This document shows positions 38,501 through 48,123 of a stretch of DNA of 64,000 bases, one piece after another. This DNA is from Bacillota bacterium. Lineage in GTDB: Bacteria; Bacillota; JAAYKD01. Each line of letters starts with the position of its first letter. Positions within the stretch are counted from its first letter, which is position 1. The notes under the pieces were generated by a model. The model was not told the origin of the DNA. It was given only the letters and a program-made list of their open reading frames with translations, and did not search any database. The stretch covers positions 1,760,001 through 1,824,000 of the forward strand of contig OY762825.2 of the NCBI GenBank assembly GCA_963666425.2, given 5' to 3'. Both the position numbers and the translations under genes were made by a program.

Positions 38501-40967
38501 AGTGCCGTTAGGCATTTGGCAAAGCTGTGATAACGGAGCGCAGATTGAAATCAACAGCGTAACCGACGGCAGTTTCACAGTGGAAGCAGTCGCGACCGAT
38601 GGAGTAGGCAACAGCCTGACCAAGGTCTCCGGAATTGTCTTAATCGATGTGACTGCACCAACCGCTGCGGCAGCCTACTCTATCGTAACAAGAACCGCAC
38701 AGAATGTGGAAGTGCATCTTAGCTTCAATGAAGCGGTTACCATCACAAACAATGGCGGTTTACCAACTTATCTCTTTACGGACAATGGCACTTTTAGCTT
38801 CGAATTTGTAGATCAAGCCGGCAATACCGCATCTATGTCTACCGCGGTAACCTGGATTGACCGCAACAAGCCACAGGCAAGGATTGCCATGACAGACGAA
38901 AGCTATCATGCCGTCAGTCAGGATCAATGGGTTAATTATAATTTGATTGTCTCTATTATTCCCCCGGCCCAATCAACGATAGAGAATCTGACCTTCAACA
39001 ATGTCTTGATTGGCGAGGCAGTCGGAGTCATAGCGTCACCGACAGAGCTCAATACTTATCTGGTCACCACCTATGGCGTCTTTCACTTTACCGTCCATGA
39101 TACCGATACACTACTGGAAAGCGAAGGAGGATTTACGGTTCGGATTGATAAATCTCAACCGCAAATCGATCCATCATTGGAAATCAGAACAACGACCGCC
39201 TGGACAAACAGCGATGTGGTAGTAACGGTGACGGCGCTGGATGACCTCTCTCCAGTGACCTACACGAACGGCAGCAGTTTTACTTATACCGAAAACGGAG
39301 TGCACCGTTTCCTCTTTACCGATGCAGCGGGCAACCAAAACAGTTATGAGGTCACGGTCGGTAATATCGATAAAGCCGTTCCCGAGGCAAGTGTAGTTTT
39401 CACTGTCAACGGAGAAGCCTATGATGGTGATTTTACCAATCAGAATATCAAGGCAACCATCGCGTTTGTCAGTTTATCACCGGTCACTGTGACAAATAAT
39501 AACGCCGGTTTGGATTATACTTTTACTGCGAACGGTGAGTTTACTTATCTTTATCAGGATGCGGCAGGCAATGCCGGCAGCAAGATGATATCGGTGGATA
39601 CGATCGATAAAAAAGCACCCACCGCTTATCTGACTTACAGCAAAACCAGCTGGACCAACACAGACGTGATTGCCACGCTGCATGTCTCGGATGATTGGAG
39701 CGGTGCCGTCAACGACGGAGAAACCTACACCTTCACTGAGAATGGCACGCACGCCTTTACAGCCAGAGATTTTGCCGGCAATACACTGCTCGTCAATGCA
39801 AGTACGAGCCGAATTGACAAAACAGCTCCCGTTCTGTCCTACAGTCTGTCTCCCTCCATAAAAACGCCCTTCAGTGTTTACGCCACCGTCACCGCCAATG
39901 AGAGCGTAACTTGGCTGAATAACGGCGGCAAACCTTCAAAGCAGTTTAATTCCAATGACAGTTTTATTTTTATCGCCAAGGATTACGCAGGCAATCAAGC
40001 GGAGATTACCGTCACCGTTGCCAATATTGATCGCACGCCAACCAATGTGGTTCTGGAATATTCTACTACCGCTCCAACCAATCAGGATGTCTATGTCAAT
40101 ATTTACCCGCAAGATAAATTGCATGACCTCATCTTCATCGTGAATAATGACAATGCCCGCGTGAAAAAATTCGAAGAAAATGGTGAATTTACCTTCACCT
40201 ACCGAAACACAGCGGGGATCACCGGAGAGAAAATAGCGAATGTCACGAATATTTGTAAGACGCCGCCGGTGGTTACGGTTGTCTATTCTACAACGGATTT
40301 GACGACCGGTGATGTGATTGCTACTTTGACTGCCGATAAGGCGGTGACCTATCCGTTTGCTGCTTTGAACGGAAAATATACCTTCAGTAAAAACGATAAG
40401 GTGCAGATTCCAGTCACTGATTTGGTGGGAAATGTCACGAATGTGATCCTGGAAGTGACTTGGATCGATCGGGATGCGCCGGTATTTAGCTTGACAAACC
40501 AATACCAGTGCATCGGTGTCAATACGGCATTTGATGTGGCAGCCGGCGTCAGCGTAACTGATGCCAATGCGATTCCCAATGGCTTGGAAATCATCGGTTC
40601 GGTGAATACAGCAGTCAATGGCGATTATATCATTACCTACCGAGCGACGGATGCAGCCGGCAATACCGGGGAATGCATGCGCTATGTCACTGTTTATGAT
40701 CCAACCAAATTTAACGTGATTATCAATGGCAGAATGCCGATCAATGGCGAAGTGGAAATCTCAACCCATCAGCTGAAATTAGAAACGATCAATCAAAATG
40801 GAACGCTCAAATTATTGTTTGCAGCCGGCAAAAAAATGTCGGGTTATTTCAAAAAGGACGGCACCGTGATTACTCCGGAATACACATTTACAGACCAAGG
40901 TTATTACACCATCTATCTGCAGGACGCGAATCGCAACACGAAACTCGTTTATGTATTTGTGAAATAG
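35535..40967 (+). CDS. Large secreted Ig-like repeat protein (1810 aa)
   Basis: Signal peptide; many D..GN / IDKTAP / WTN.DV / FTENG repeats; DUF5011-like module near the C-terminus; no SLH or LPxTG; ATGA-coupled to the peptidase. Confidence 0.85.
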   Translation: MSKKSGIRPGNILLLSVFFMLLFVFTQSVLAYSYNTNLLNVVNNTGKEYTRQNTQNIYLSPEDQERANKGDMYYNASVHIGANGSRTVTRHLYVRCYDANGNLLDNYEVSGSTYWVAHASYNYDNNDQKIPAGTVYIYYDAYVHIGTWGDLELENMSFSLYDAVKPAYLSVGVTSVNGGYPNPGTYPIGTTIRYCVNFNEALASVSAGTVSTTIGSATYVGKSADRKSVYYDYVITGTSATVSDYNLVKVASVVNLSVADDAGNWSDVQNRYALTDNYGIYMDNKYPSVSAFTTEASADACYLAGEQIRFNVTFHENIWVSGSPAISLSNGGVAVYTKMTNSDTNAAAFIYTVAAGDTNTSALAITAINFNGIVDKVNQSATSDGSYTANRYNSFLSAYRLSVDTIAPTVSFADPSNNYHNNTYQVSFTPADSVSGVNEKYAVWTTSSSNLPPAFPESAGVGANNLVSLPASSGIYYLWVKLVDLAGNISSTKSPYLYYFDFTQPTITFTPTYISGYTALASMVITVGDNVSVATKNYEWRNASNIKVVEGSLTDALLYPSADGIYSLLVTAVDTVGNLFTNTISDLSIDKTGPTVVFNPTGNNTWAKIHTIAITIQDAKTGILNYSYQFTTSVSTPVANWSDTLNTSFDTPNGSSGTYYLHIKAVDHANNISYFTSNGFNTDNVAPSVVISPNSNASNLGLSSYDITVAAEDAISATGDLVAGYAFSTAAAAGGLTYAALNLTDGAALLTLAEFHQITYLYVSVTDTAGNNRISRSEAFTPDISAPTGSITNASAAYLNLPSIDLSFTAADNYIAANDLNMQLTLDGSVGEWEVFTESKTIAFAAVEGNHTISVQFRDVCGNISQVYSTTFTYDVTAPQILIHYDLPTATKNNVTATATTASNADSITGVTSKLFTENGSFTFYARDYAGNESSLAAVVNWIDQTAPTISFTSVEFDNAKHQSATVTITAADNANGIAAVVYRLLQNTVPLGIWQSCDNGAQIEINSVTDGSFTVEAVATDGVGNSLTKVSGIVLIDVTAPTAAAAYSIVTRTAQNVEVHLSFNEAVTITNNGGLPTYLFTDNGTFSFEFVDQAGNTASMSTAVTWIDRNKPQARIAMTDESYHAVSQDQWVNYNLIVSIIPPAQSTIENLTFNNVLIGEAVGVIASPTELNTYLVTTYGVFHFTVHDTDTLLESEGGFTVRIDKSQPQIDPSLEIRTTTAWTNSDVVVTVTALDDLSPVTYTNGSSFTYTENGVHRFLFTDAAGNQNSYEVTVGNIDKAVPEASVVFTVNGEAYDGDFTNQNIKATIAFVSLSPVTVTNNNAGLDYTFTANGEFTYLYQDAAGNAGSKMISVDTIDKKAPTAYLTYSKTSWTNTDVIATLHVSDDWSGAVNDGETYTFTENGTHAFTARDFAGNTLLVNASTSRIDKTAPVLSYSLSPSIKTPFSVYATVTANESVTWLNNGGKPSKQFNSNDSFIFIAKDYAGNQAEITVTVANIDRTPTNVVLEYSTTAPTNQDVYVNIYPQDKLHDLIFIVNNDNARVKKFEENGEFTFTYRNTAGITGEKIANVTNICKTPPVVTVVYSTTDLTTGDVIATLTADKAVTYPFAALNGKYTFSKNDKVQIPVTDLVGNVTNVILEVTWIDRDAPVFSLTNQYQCIGVNTAFDVAAGVSVTDANAIPNGLEIIGSVNTAVNGDYIITYRATDAAGNTGECMRYVTVYDPTKFNVIINGRMPINGEVEISTHQLKLETINQNGTLKLLFAAGKKMSGYFKKDGTVITPEYTFTDQGYYTIYLQDANRNTKLVYVFVK

Positions 40968-40981
40968 GAGGGATCTCTGGT

Positions 40982-43900
40982 ATGAACCGATTGAAAAAAA
41001 CAGTATGTCTGGTACTCTTGTCTGTGATGATGCTCAATGCGCTGGCGCCGATCGTTTTGGCAGCAGAGGAAGCGCTGCAACCTTATAAGGTTCAGAATGG
41101 GATTGTAGAGTATCAAGTCAATAAAAATGACGGACGCTTTACGATAGCAACGGCCGATGGAATTCCCGGCAAAGAAAGCGACAATGATAAAAATCTGCTT
41201 TTTTTCGATGAACTGCCGGAAACTTCTTTTACTACTTTCCGGATCAACGGCAAAGATTATATCTTTGGCAACAATTATGGCGCGGAAGGTGGCATTACTT
41301 CTGCTACCAAGGTGGACGGTTACATCGCAAAAACGATTTGGCGCATCAATGATGTAGAGATTACACAGAAATTGACGTTGATTACCGATTCCGCCAATCC
41401 CAATGTAGGCAATACCAAAATCACCTATGAAGTGGCAAATGGCAGTAATGCTGCAGTCAGTCTTGGTTCCCGCATTTTATTGGATACCCAGCTAGGCTCC
41501 AACGATGCGGCTCCTATGCTGATTGGTTCTACTTATATTACCAATGAGACCGAGTACAGCGGTGAGAATGTGCCGATCTCCTGGAAATCAGCGGACCAGA
41601 AATTTGCTCCTGATATTATTTCCTACGGTTTGCTCTCCGGCTGGCAGAATATCGAACCGGACCGCTTGGTGATTGCGCATTGGGAATCCCTTTCTCAGAC
41701 GGCTTGGGATTTTACGACGAATCCCCTGATCAATTTTACAACCGTTAAAAATTCCTACGGCAGTGCGGATTCAGCTACAGCGATTTATTTTGATCCAACT
41801 GCTCTCGCGACCGGTGAAACCAGAGTCTATGAGACTTTTTATGGCATCGGCTCTGTTTCCGATACCTACAGTGATCCCAATTTCAATATACAGTTGACTT
41901 CTCCGCAAAAATTAACGGTGAATTCGACCGGAACGGCTTATAATGAGACCAGTATTCTGATCACGGTTAGTTTGGATAATACCGGTATTGCCAGCACGGA
42001 ACTGACCAATATCATCTTGAAATTAGGCTTGTCTGATCAATTGACGATAGCGGCTGGCGATGCACAAATCAAAACGCTGACGCGTCTGGCGCAGGGAGAG
42101 ACGATCGATGTTACCTTTACTGTCATACCTACCATCCAGCAAACACTGGCGGTAGCGGAATATGGTGTTACCGTTATTTACGGTGTCGATCAAAACGTGG
42201 CGGAAGCTTCCAAGTATCTTATTCTGCCTTCTGTCAAGGGGGTTCCTCCCCGCATGCAAATGACGGAGATTGCTCCGGCCACCCTCTATACCGGTTCGAA
42301 TAAAAAGAGTGTGGTCATCAAAGGCAGTGATTTTGCCAGTTTAAAAGCCGACTATGAATGGAGTATGTATATCAGCAATGATCGGACCGGTTTCTCTCAG
42401 GAAATATCCCGCAGCAATATCTATATTGAAGATGCCACGATGACGATTCAATTGGATCCCGCTTTGCGCTTTGATGCCGGAACCTATACGATCAAGCTCT
42501 TTTCAGCAAACTTTGGTGATCTGTCGAGAAGTTTGACCTTTACCGATGATCAGTATTACGATAGGATGGAATACGGATTACTGCTGATCGGAGCTTTTGG
42601 CAGCTCAACGAGCGATAATCCTGTTTATACCGTGAAAGTGCTGCAGAAAGAAGAAGATATTGCGGCTTTGACTGCTACAGAACAGAGTGAAATTTTGCTG
42701 ACCGTAAGAGGTGAAATTTCAACTTATGACTTATCCGGTGTTACGGTTTATGAATGTCAAAGCGGTACGATTATCAATAATGCGATCATGTATACGGCGC
42801 CGATTGCCAAACCGGAAAGCACCATGTTGATTTGTCGATATGAAAATGGCGTAGAGGGTTGGTCCGGTGCGAATAGTTTCTTCGACAATTTTGAATGGTT
42901 CGGCAAAGAAAATGATTCTCTATTGATCTCGGGCGAAGGTGCTTTGGCCATTGCCGATTATCAATTCCACTATGGTAATTTCTATATCACCCTGGAAGAC
43001 GGCACGACCTATGGTTTGAATGAGCCGGCAGCACCGGATTATAACCATGATGTCAATGAAAATGTGGGTGAAACTCCAAGAGAAGACGAGCCGGCAGCGG
43101 TTAAAATCATTACTCCGGCCAATGTAATTGCCAATGAAGCCTTCAAACCGCTCGGTGCCTTGACCGGTGTGAAGATCAATGTGAAGGATGCAGTGATCGG
43201 GAAAAATACGGTTTCTCTGGGCGGCAGTTTCAGTATTGCTTTGCCATGGCTGCCGAGTGAAGATGACGGCAGCAGCGGTTCAACCAATACACAGAAAAAT
43301 GTCAATGCCATCAATGATTATCATGATACAGACAGCCTGATTGCCTTGAACATGGAAGAAATGCGTTACGGGATCAATGCTTCCGATAATACAGCCGATT
43401 TGGTTGGCGTCAAAGCAGACGGCAGTATCAATTTAACGGATGATTCTTTGCCGATGCTGAGTGCCGGCGGAGCATCCGCTGGCTTTAAGATCGATTCGAT
43501 CGACTATCCCGGTTGGTATGTGCAGGTCAGCGCCGGAGTGAAGGTTGGCGATGCCTTTGAATGCAGCGCCATGGTAGCGTTGGTCTTTGAAACTGGTGGC
43601 TCCTGTATACCGGATGATATTGAGTTGGTGGTCGGCGGTGCTGTCATCAAGATTCCGCTCGGCGTCACTCCACTCTCAGTCGGTTATCTGACGAAAATCG
43701 GCGGCGGTGTTTATCACTTGTATGACACCATTAAAGGAAACTTTAACGCGATTCCTCCGGTAACACTCAAGGTGATTACCGGCTACGCCGATCCGACTAC
43801 GGTCGCTTTGGAATTGGATACCGTTGCTTTGGAAGTTGGACTGACTGGGATTTCTTTAACGGCCGAAGACGGCAAAATCGTCAAAATCCCGGTTTTGGAA

Positions 43901-46900
43901 AGTATGGAAGCTCATTTCAAAATCTACGATACCTTGTTTGAAGGTTCGATTTATCCTTGTATTGATGTCGGCGCCAGCATGAAGTTGAATTTGCTGGACT
44001 GCATCAAGGGGAGCGGTGCTGTCTGGTTCGTTGCGGATCCCAGAATCAACAGTATTTTTGGTCATCTCTCGATCGGCGGCAAAGTATACTGCGGTATTTT
44101 TATTCCTGAAGTAGTACCTTTGCTGGGTGGTATGGAATTGCTTTCAGTCTGGGCGGAACTTTCATCTTACCGCGTCGGCGCTGGAATTAAGATTATCGGT
44201 ATCCCGCTCTCTGTTGCTTACTATTGGGCGGATAAACGGGTAGCCTTCAATGAATCCATGGAATTACTGGCAAATGACCTGAATATTCCCTTAGTAGAGT
44301 TGGAGAATTCTCTGGCGATTGAGTATGCCGAAGCGGAGTCGAATGCCAATGGGGTCATGCTCTTTGGCGGTAATATCAGAAAGACCTACTGCTCGGCTGA
44401 CGATCTCTCTTTACTGTCGATGCGGGAAATGTCTTTGTTGGGCAGCGGGTATCGTTACGAATTCCCGGTCAGCAATCAGGATTATTCCTTATTTGAACTG
44501 CAATACAATGGGGAAGTCCCGACCATCAGCGTGCAGCAGCCGGATGGCAGTGCTTATCAATTAATCGATGGTGAAAACTATATGCTGCAAACGATTGCGG
44601 CAGATGTTTCCACCAGCGGCGTGGAAGAACACTACGTTTACATCTCTGTGGTCGATCCGATGGACGGCGACTGGCAGGTCACCAGCAGTTCTGCAGTCAC
44701 TTTGACTGCGATGGATGTTTTACCTTTGCCGGAAGTGCAGGAGGTCAGCTACAACCATGTGTCCTCAAACCAGCTGCAAGTGAATTGGGATGCGCTTAAC
44801 ATTGATGATAGTTATACGGTTGATATTCATATCGCTGCAGAGAAAACAGCAGATGTCATGGATACGAGCGGTATGACCGAAGAAGAACTGTCTGCTTATT
44901 ATAAAGCGATCGCCGATAGTTACGATGTTGGTATTTGTGTGGCTCAGGATATCCCGGCAACAGATGGAGCGGCAATTGTCAATTTGGGTGAACGCTTAGC
45001 CGATGGCAATTATAAGGCGAGAGTCGTTCTGAAAAAAGACGGAGAAAATTACTCATCTGCCGTTTCCGCCACCAGTTTTGCTTATACCAATCCGAATACA
45101 CCGGATCCGATCTCTAACTTGCAGGTCACTCCAGCCGGTAATGGTCAATTTAAAGTAGCGTTTACCGGTACTGACAATGCAGAAGGCTATTATGTGATCA
45201 TCTTGGATGAAAATGGCCAGGCAATCGAAGGATACGATGGTATTTCAACAACAGAAACCACTGCTTATGTCGGAAATACATATGAAGAAGCAACCGGCTA
45301 TGATGACAAAGGAGAACCGACCGGCTTCCGGACGGTTGGTACCTTCCCGGGTTCTGATTATAAAGTAGCGGTTTATGCTTATCTGAAAAAAGATGCGATT
45401 ACTTATATGAGCGCGCCGGTCATGACCGCTCCGATCAATTTACCGGTTCCTGATCCGGCTTCGGCTGTGGTTACCGTGGGAGGGATCAGCCCGACCAATG
45501 CCAGCGGAGCAGCCGATGAAGTGACGGTAAATAACCAAACTCCACAGGTTATTTTCACACCGAACCAGAATGTCACCTTGTATTATAAAGTGGACGACGG
45601 TTCCATCAGTCCCGCCTTTGAGGTGACAGCCAATACGCCGTTTGTTTTTGATTTGGCTTTAGCAGAAGGCGGCTCCAATCTGGAATTCCTTTATCTCAAC
45701 GAGCAAGGTGATTATACCAATAGTAAAATCTGCATTTCGGTCGATACGATTAAACCGACTTTAATGTTGGATAATACGGTCATTGAAAGTGAAAACGGCA
45801 ATTATGTGATTACCGGGACAGCCGAAGCCAATTCTGTTGTTTATATCAACGGCACACAGGTAGTCACAGCGAACGGCAGTTTTCAATATAGCGGCACGAA
45901 CAATCATAAGCGCCAGGAAATTGAAGTGAAAGCGGTAGATACTGCCCTCAATGAAACGGTGATGGTCTGCGAAGTCATTCCGGCAGAACTTTCCAGATTT
46001 GTCTCCTTAAAAATCGAGGCAAATGATGCGGAAATTGTCACGGAATATAAGATTGACAAAGGCAATGAAGCACAGCTGACTGTATTTGGGGTAGCCGAAA
46101 ACGGCAGCGAATTTGAGTTGGATCCAGCGAACCTTAATTATTCTGTCATTTATGGTAATGATAAGGTCAGTGTGGATGAAAAAGGCGTTTTGAAGGCAGA
46201 ATACTATGGCGATGCAGTTGTTCTCTGTGAATATCGTGTCTCCGAAACTTATTCGTTTGAAGAAACCTTATCGATCAGCGTTCTCAGCCTGAGCGCAGCG
46301 CCAACGACAATTCGTTTTTCCAATCAGACGCTTAATGCCGGTGCAGCCGTCGGCTCAGAGATCGCCTTCTTATCCGTGCCGGAAGCTCCGATCGGAGTCA
46401 GTTATGTCTACTCCATGCCTGCCAACGACTATGTTGAACTGGTCGGCAACAAAATCAAAGTTCTGGCACCGGTTGCCGACGTTACCTCGATTCCGATTAC
46501 CGTTACGGCGCAGGGACAGTATGTGCTGAATAATGTTTATGAAAATATCTTTACGCCGATTGTCAATACAGTGACGCTCAGTGTGACGAAAAATATCGTC
46601 TCTGTGCATCCGGTGAATTCTATTTTGGTGGAAAAAGGAACGGCTTTCGAAGCATTGAATCTGCCTTCGACGGTCTTAGTCACTTTATCGGACAATTCTG
46701 TAGTACAATACCCGGTTATCTGGAACAAAGGTGCTTATAACGCGAATGTTGCCAGAGTCTACTCTTTGAGTGGTACAATTATTCAGGAAGCCAGTGTAAC
46801 AAACCCGGACGATCTGCAGGCTCTGATGCAGGTCAGCGTCAATCAGTTAAGCCTGACAGAACCGGAATTTGGCTTATATACCTACGGTTACACAGAACCG

Positions 46901-48061
46901 GTAGCATCCAAAGAGCTTGCCGCCACCAATCAAGGCGCCACTGATCTGACCATCTCCAATATCGCGGTCACGAATGCTGCCGGTCAGCCCAGCGATGAAT
47001 TTGAGCTCACTGTCAAGACAACAACAGTCGCAGCCGGAACTACCGTCAATTTTGCGGTTCTGCAACCGGTGCTTGGTTTGCCTGCAGGTGATCATACTGC
47101 CAAGGTAAAGGTTACCTACGGCAATGGTTTTGTTACCGAAGAGGAGATCAGTATCACCGTGCTGCCCGCTAAGATTGCGATGATCGCAACGAGCAAAGCC
47201 GTTCGTTTTGACAGCAATACTCACAGCATCAAGGTAGTTGCCAAAGATGTCTCCAATGGAGTGGAGCTGGCTGCTGAAAATTTCAGTGTCATTTATACCA
47301 AGAATGAAATCAGCAGTGTGGCGGCTCCGATTGATGTCGGTATCTATACGGTTGCAGCGGAAGTAACAAATCCTAATTACACGCTATTGAGCGGTCTGCA
47401 GAGTGTCGTGCTTGTGATTCGTGAGGAACGCTATGAAGGCGAACAGGATCCTGATGGAAGCGATCCCGTCGATCCCGATCCGGAAGAAGAGCTTCCAATT
47501 AGCATTGACGAGATTTTCCAGGATATCGCCAAACATTGGGCGAAAGCCAGCATCGCCTTTGTCTATGAAAACAAATTGTTTTTCGGCTTATCGAATGGGA
47601 ATTTTGGTCCGGAAATGTCCATGACGCGAGGAATGGTTGTCGCTGTCCTGGCACGGATGACCAAAGATGATTTAAGTCAATCTCCACAAGGTCAATTCAT
47701 GGATGTGTCCGGTCAGGAATGGTACGCGGAAAGTGTAGCCTGGGCTGCCGCCCATCAAATCACCAGCGGCATGACCGAAACCGAATTTGCTGCCGATCAG
47801 CCTGTGACGCGTCAGCAATTGGTTGTGATGCTGAAGAATCTAGCGGACTATCTGGGCTTGGCTCAGAAATCAAATACGACCTTGGCTGCTTATCCGGATG
47901 GCAAAGATGTTTCGGCTTGGGCTGAAGCAGCGATGCAGTGGGCAGTGGAAAATGAGATCATCAGTGGCAGAGAAGATCATACACTGGATCCGTTGGGAAC
48001 GGCTACCAGAGCGGAAGTCGCAGAAATTGTGATGAGATTCATGCAAAATATCTTGAAATAG
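40982..48061 (+). CDS. Giant SLH-anchored multidomain surface protein (2359 aa)
   Basis: GGAGGG RBS, signal peptide, N-terminal beta domain (GRFTIAT..PETSFTTFRI), FN3/Ig-like modules, Big_4-like LPSTVLVTLSD, three C-terminal SLH motifs (MTRGMVV, VTRQQL, ATRAEVA). Confidence 0.88.
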   Translation: MNRLKKTVCLVLLSVMMLNALAPIVLAAEEALQPYKVQNGIVEYQVNKNDGRFTIATADGIPGKESDNDKNLLFFDELPETSFTTFRINGKDYIFGNNYGAEGGITSATKVDGYIAKTIWRINDVEITQKLTLITDSANPNVGNTKITYEVANGSNAAVSLGSRILLDTQLGSNDAAPMLIGSTYITNETEYSGENVPISWKSADQKFAPDIISYGLLSGWQNIEPDRLVIAHWESLSQTAWDFTTNPLINFTTVKNSYGSADSATAIYFDPTALATGETRVYETFYGIGSVSDTYSDPNFNIQLTSPQKLTVNSTGTAYNETSILITVSLDNTGIASTELTNIILKLGLSDQLTIAAGDAQIKTLTRLAQGETIDVTFTVIPTIQQTLAVAEYGVTVIYGVDQNVAEASKYLILPSVKGVPPRMQMTEIAPATLYTGSNKKSVVIKGSDFASLKADYEWSMYISNDRTGFSQEISRSNIYIEDATMTIQLDPALRFDAGTYTIKLFSANFGDLSRSLTFTDDQYYDRMEYGLLLIGAFGSSTSDNPVYTVKVLQKEEDIAALTATEQSEILLTVRGEISTYDLSGVTVYECQSGTIINNAIMYTAPIAKPESTMLICRYENGVEGWSGANSFFDNFEWFGKENDSLLISGEGALAIADYQFHYGNFYITLEDGTTYGLNEPAAPDYNHDVNENVGETPREDEPAAVKIITPANVIANEAFKPLGALTGVKINVKDAVIGKNTVSLGGSFSIALPWLPSEDDGSSGSTNTQKNVNAINDYHDTDSLIALNMEEMRYGINASDNTADLVGVKADGSINLTDDSLPMLSAGGASAGFKIDSIDYPGWYVQVSAGVKVGDAFECSAMVALVFETGGSCIPDDIELVVGGAVIKIPLGVTPLSVGYLTKIGGGVYHLYDTIKGNFNAIPPVTLKVITGYADPTTVALELDTVALEVGLTGISLTAEDGKIVKIPVLESMEAHFKIYDTLFEGSIYPCIDVGASMKLNLLDCIKGSGAVWFVADPRINSIFGHLSIGGKVYCGIFIPEVVPLLGGMELLSVWAELSSYRVGAGIKIIGIPLSVAYYWADKRVAFNESMELLANDLNIPLVELENSLAIEYAEAESNANGVMLFGGNIRKTYCSADDLSLLSMREMSLLGSGYRYEFPVSNQDYSLFELQYNGEVPTISVQQPDGSAYQLIDGENYMLQTIAADVSTSGVEEHYVYISVVDPMDGDWQVTSSSAVTLTAMDVLPLPEVQEVSYNHVSSNQLQVNWDALNIDDSYTVDIHIAAEKTADVMDTSGMTEEELSAYYKAIADSYDVGICVAQDIPATDGAAIVNLGERLADGNYKARVVLKKDGENYSSAVSATSFAYTNPNTPDPISNLQVTPAGNGQFKVAFTGTDNAEGYYVIILDENGQAIEGYDGISTTETTAYVGNTYEEATGYDDKGEPTGFRTVGTFPGSDYKVAVYAYLKKDAITYMSAPVMTAPINLPVPDPASAVVTVGGISPTNASGAADEVTVNNQTPQVIFTPNQNVTLYYKVDDGSISPAFEVTANTPFVFDLALAEGGSNLEFLYLNEQGDYTNSKICISVDTIKPTLMLDNTVIESENGNYVITGTAEANSVVYINGTQVVTANGSFQYSGTNNHKRQEIEVKAVDTALNETVMVCEVIPAELSRFVSLKIEANDAEIVTEYKIDKGNEAQLTVFGVAENGSEFELDPANLNYSVIYGNDKVSVDEKGVLKAEYYGDAVVLCEYRVSETYSFEETLSISVLSLSAAPTTIRFSNQTLNAGAAVGSEIAFLSVPEAPIGVSYVYSMPANDYVELVGNKIKVLAPVADVTSIPITVTAQGQYVLNNVYENIFTPIVNTVTLSVTKNIVSVHPVNSILVEKGTAFEALNLPSTVLVTLSDNSVVQYPVIWNKGAYNANVARVYSLSGTIIQEASVTNPDDLQALMQVSVNQLSLTEPEFGLYTYGYTEPVASKELAATNQGATDLTISNIAVTNAAGQPSDEFELTVKTTTVAAGTTVNFAVLQPVLGLPAGDHTAKVKVTYGNGFVTEEEISITVLPAKIAMIATSKAVRFDSNTHSIKVVAKDVSNGVELAAENFSVIYTKNEISSVAAPIDVGIYTVAAEVTNPNYTLLSGLQSVVLVIREERYEGEQDPDGSDPVDPDPEEELPISIDEIFQDIAKHWAKASIAFVYENKLFFGLSNGNFGPEMSMTRGMVVAVLARMTKDDLSQSPQGQFMDVSGQEWYAESVAWAAAHQITSGMTETEFAADQPVTRQQLVVMLKNLADYLGLAQKSNTTLAAYPDGKDVSAWAEAAMQWAVENEIISGREDHTLDPLGTATRAEVAEIVMRFMQNILK

Positions 48062-48072
48062 CAGAATAAAGG

Positions 48073-48113
48073 ACGAGGCCCGGGCGAAAAATCGCCCGGG
48101 CTTCGTTTGCTTT
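48073..48113. terminator. Terminator between convergent SLH genes
   Basis: ACGAGGCCCGGGCGA-AAAA-TCGCCCGGGCTTCGT. Confidence 0.8.
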
Positions 48114-48123
48114 AATAATTTTT

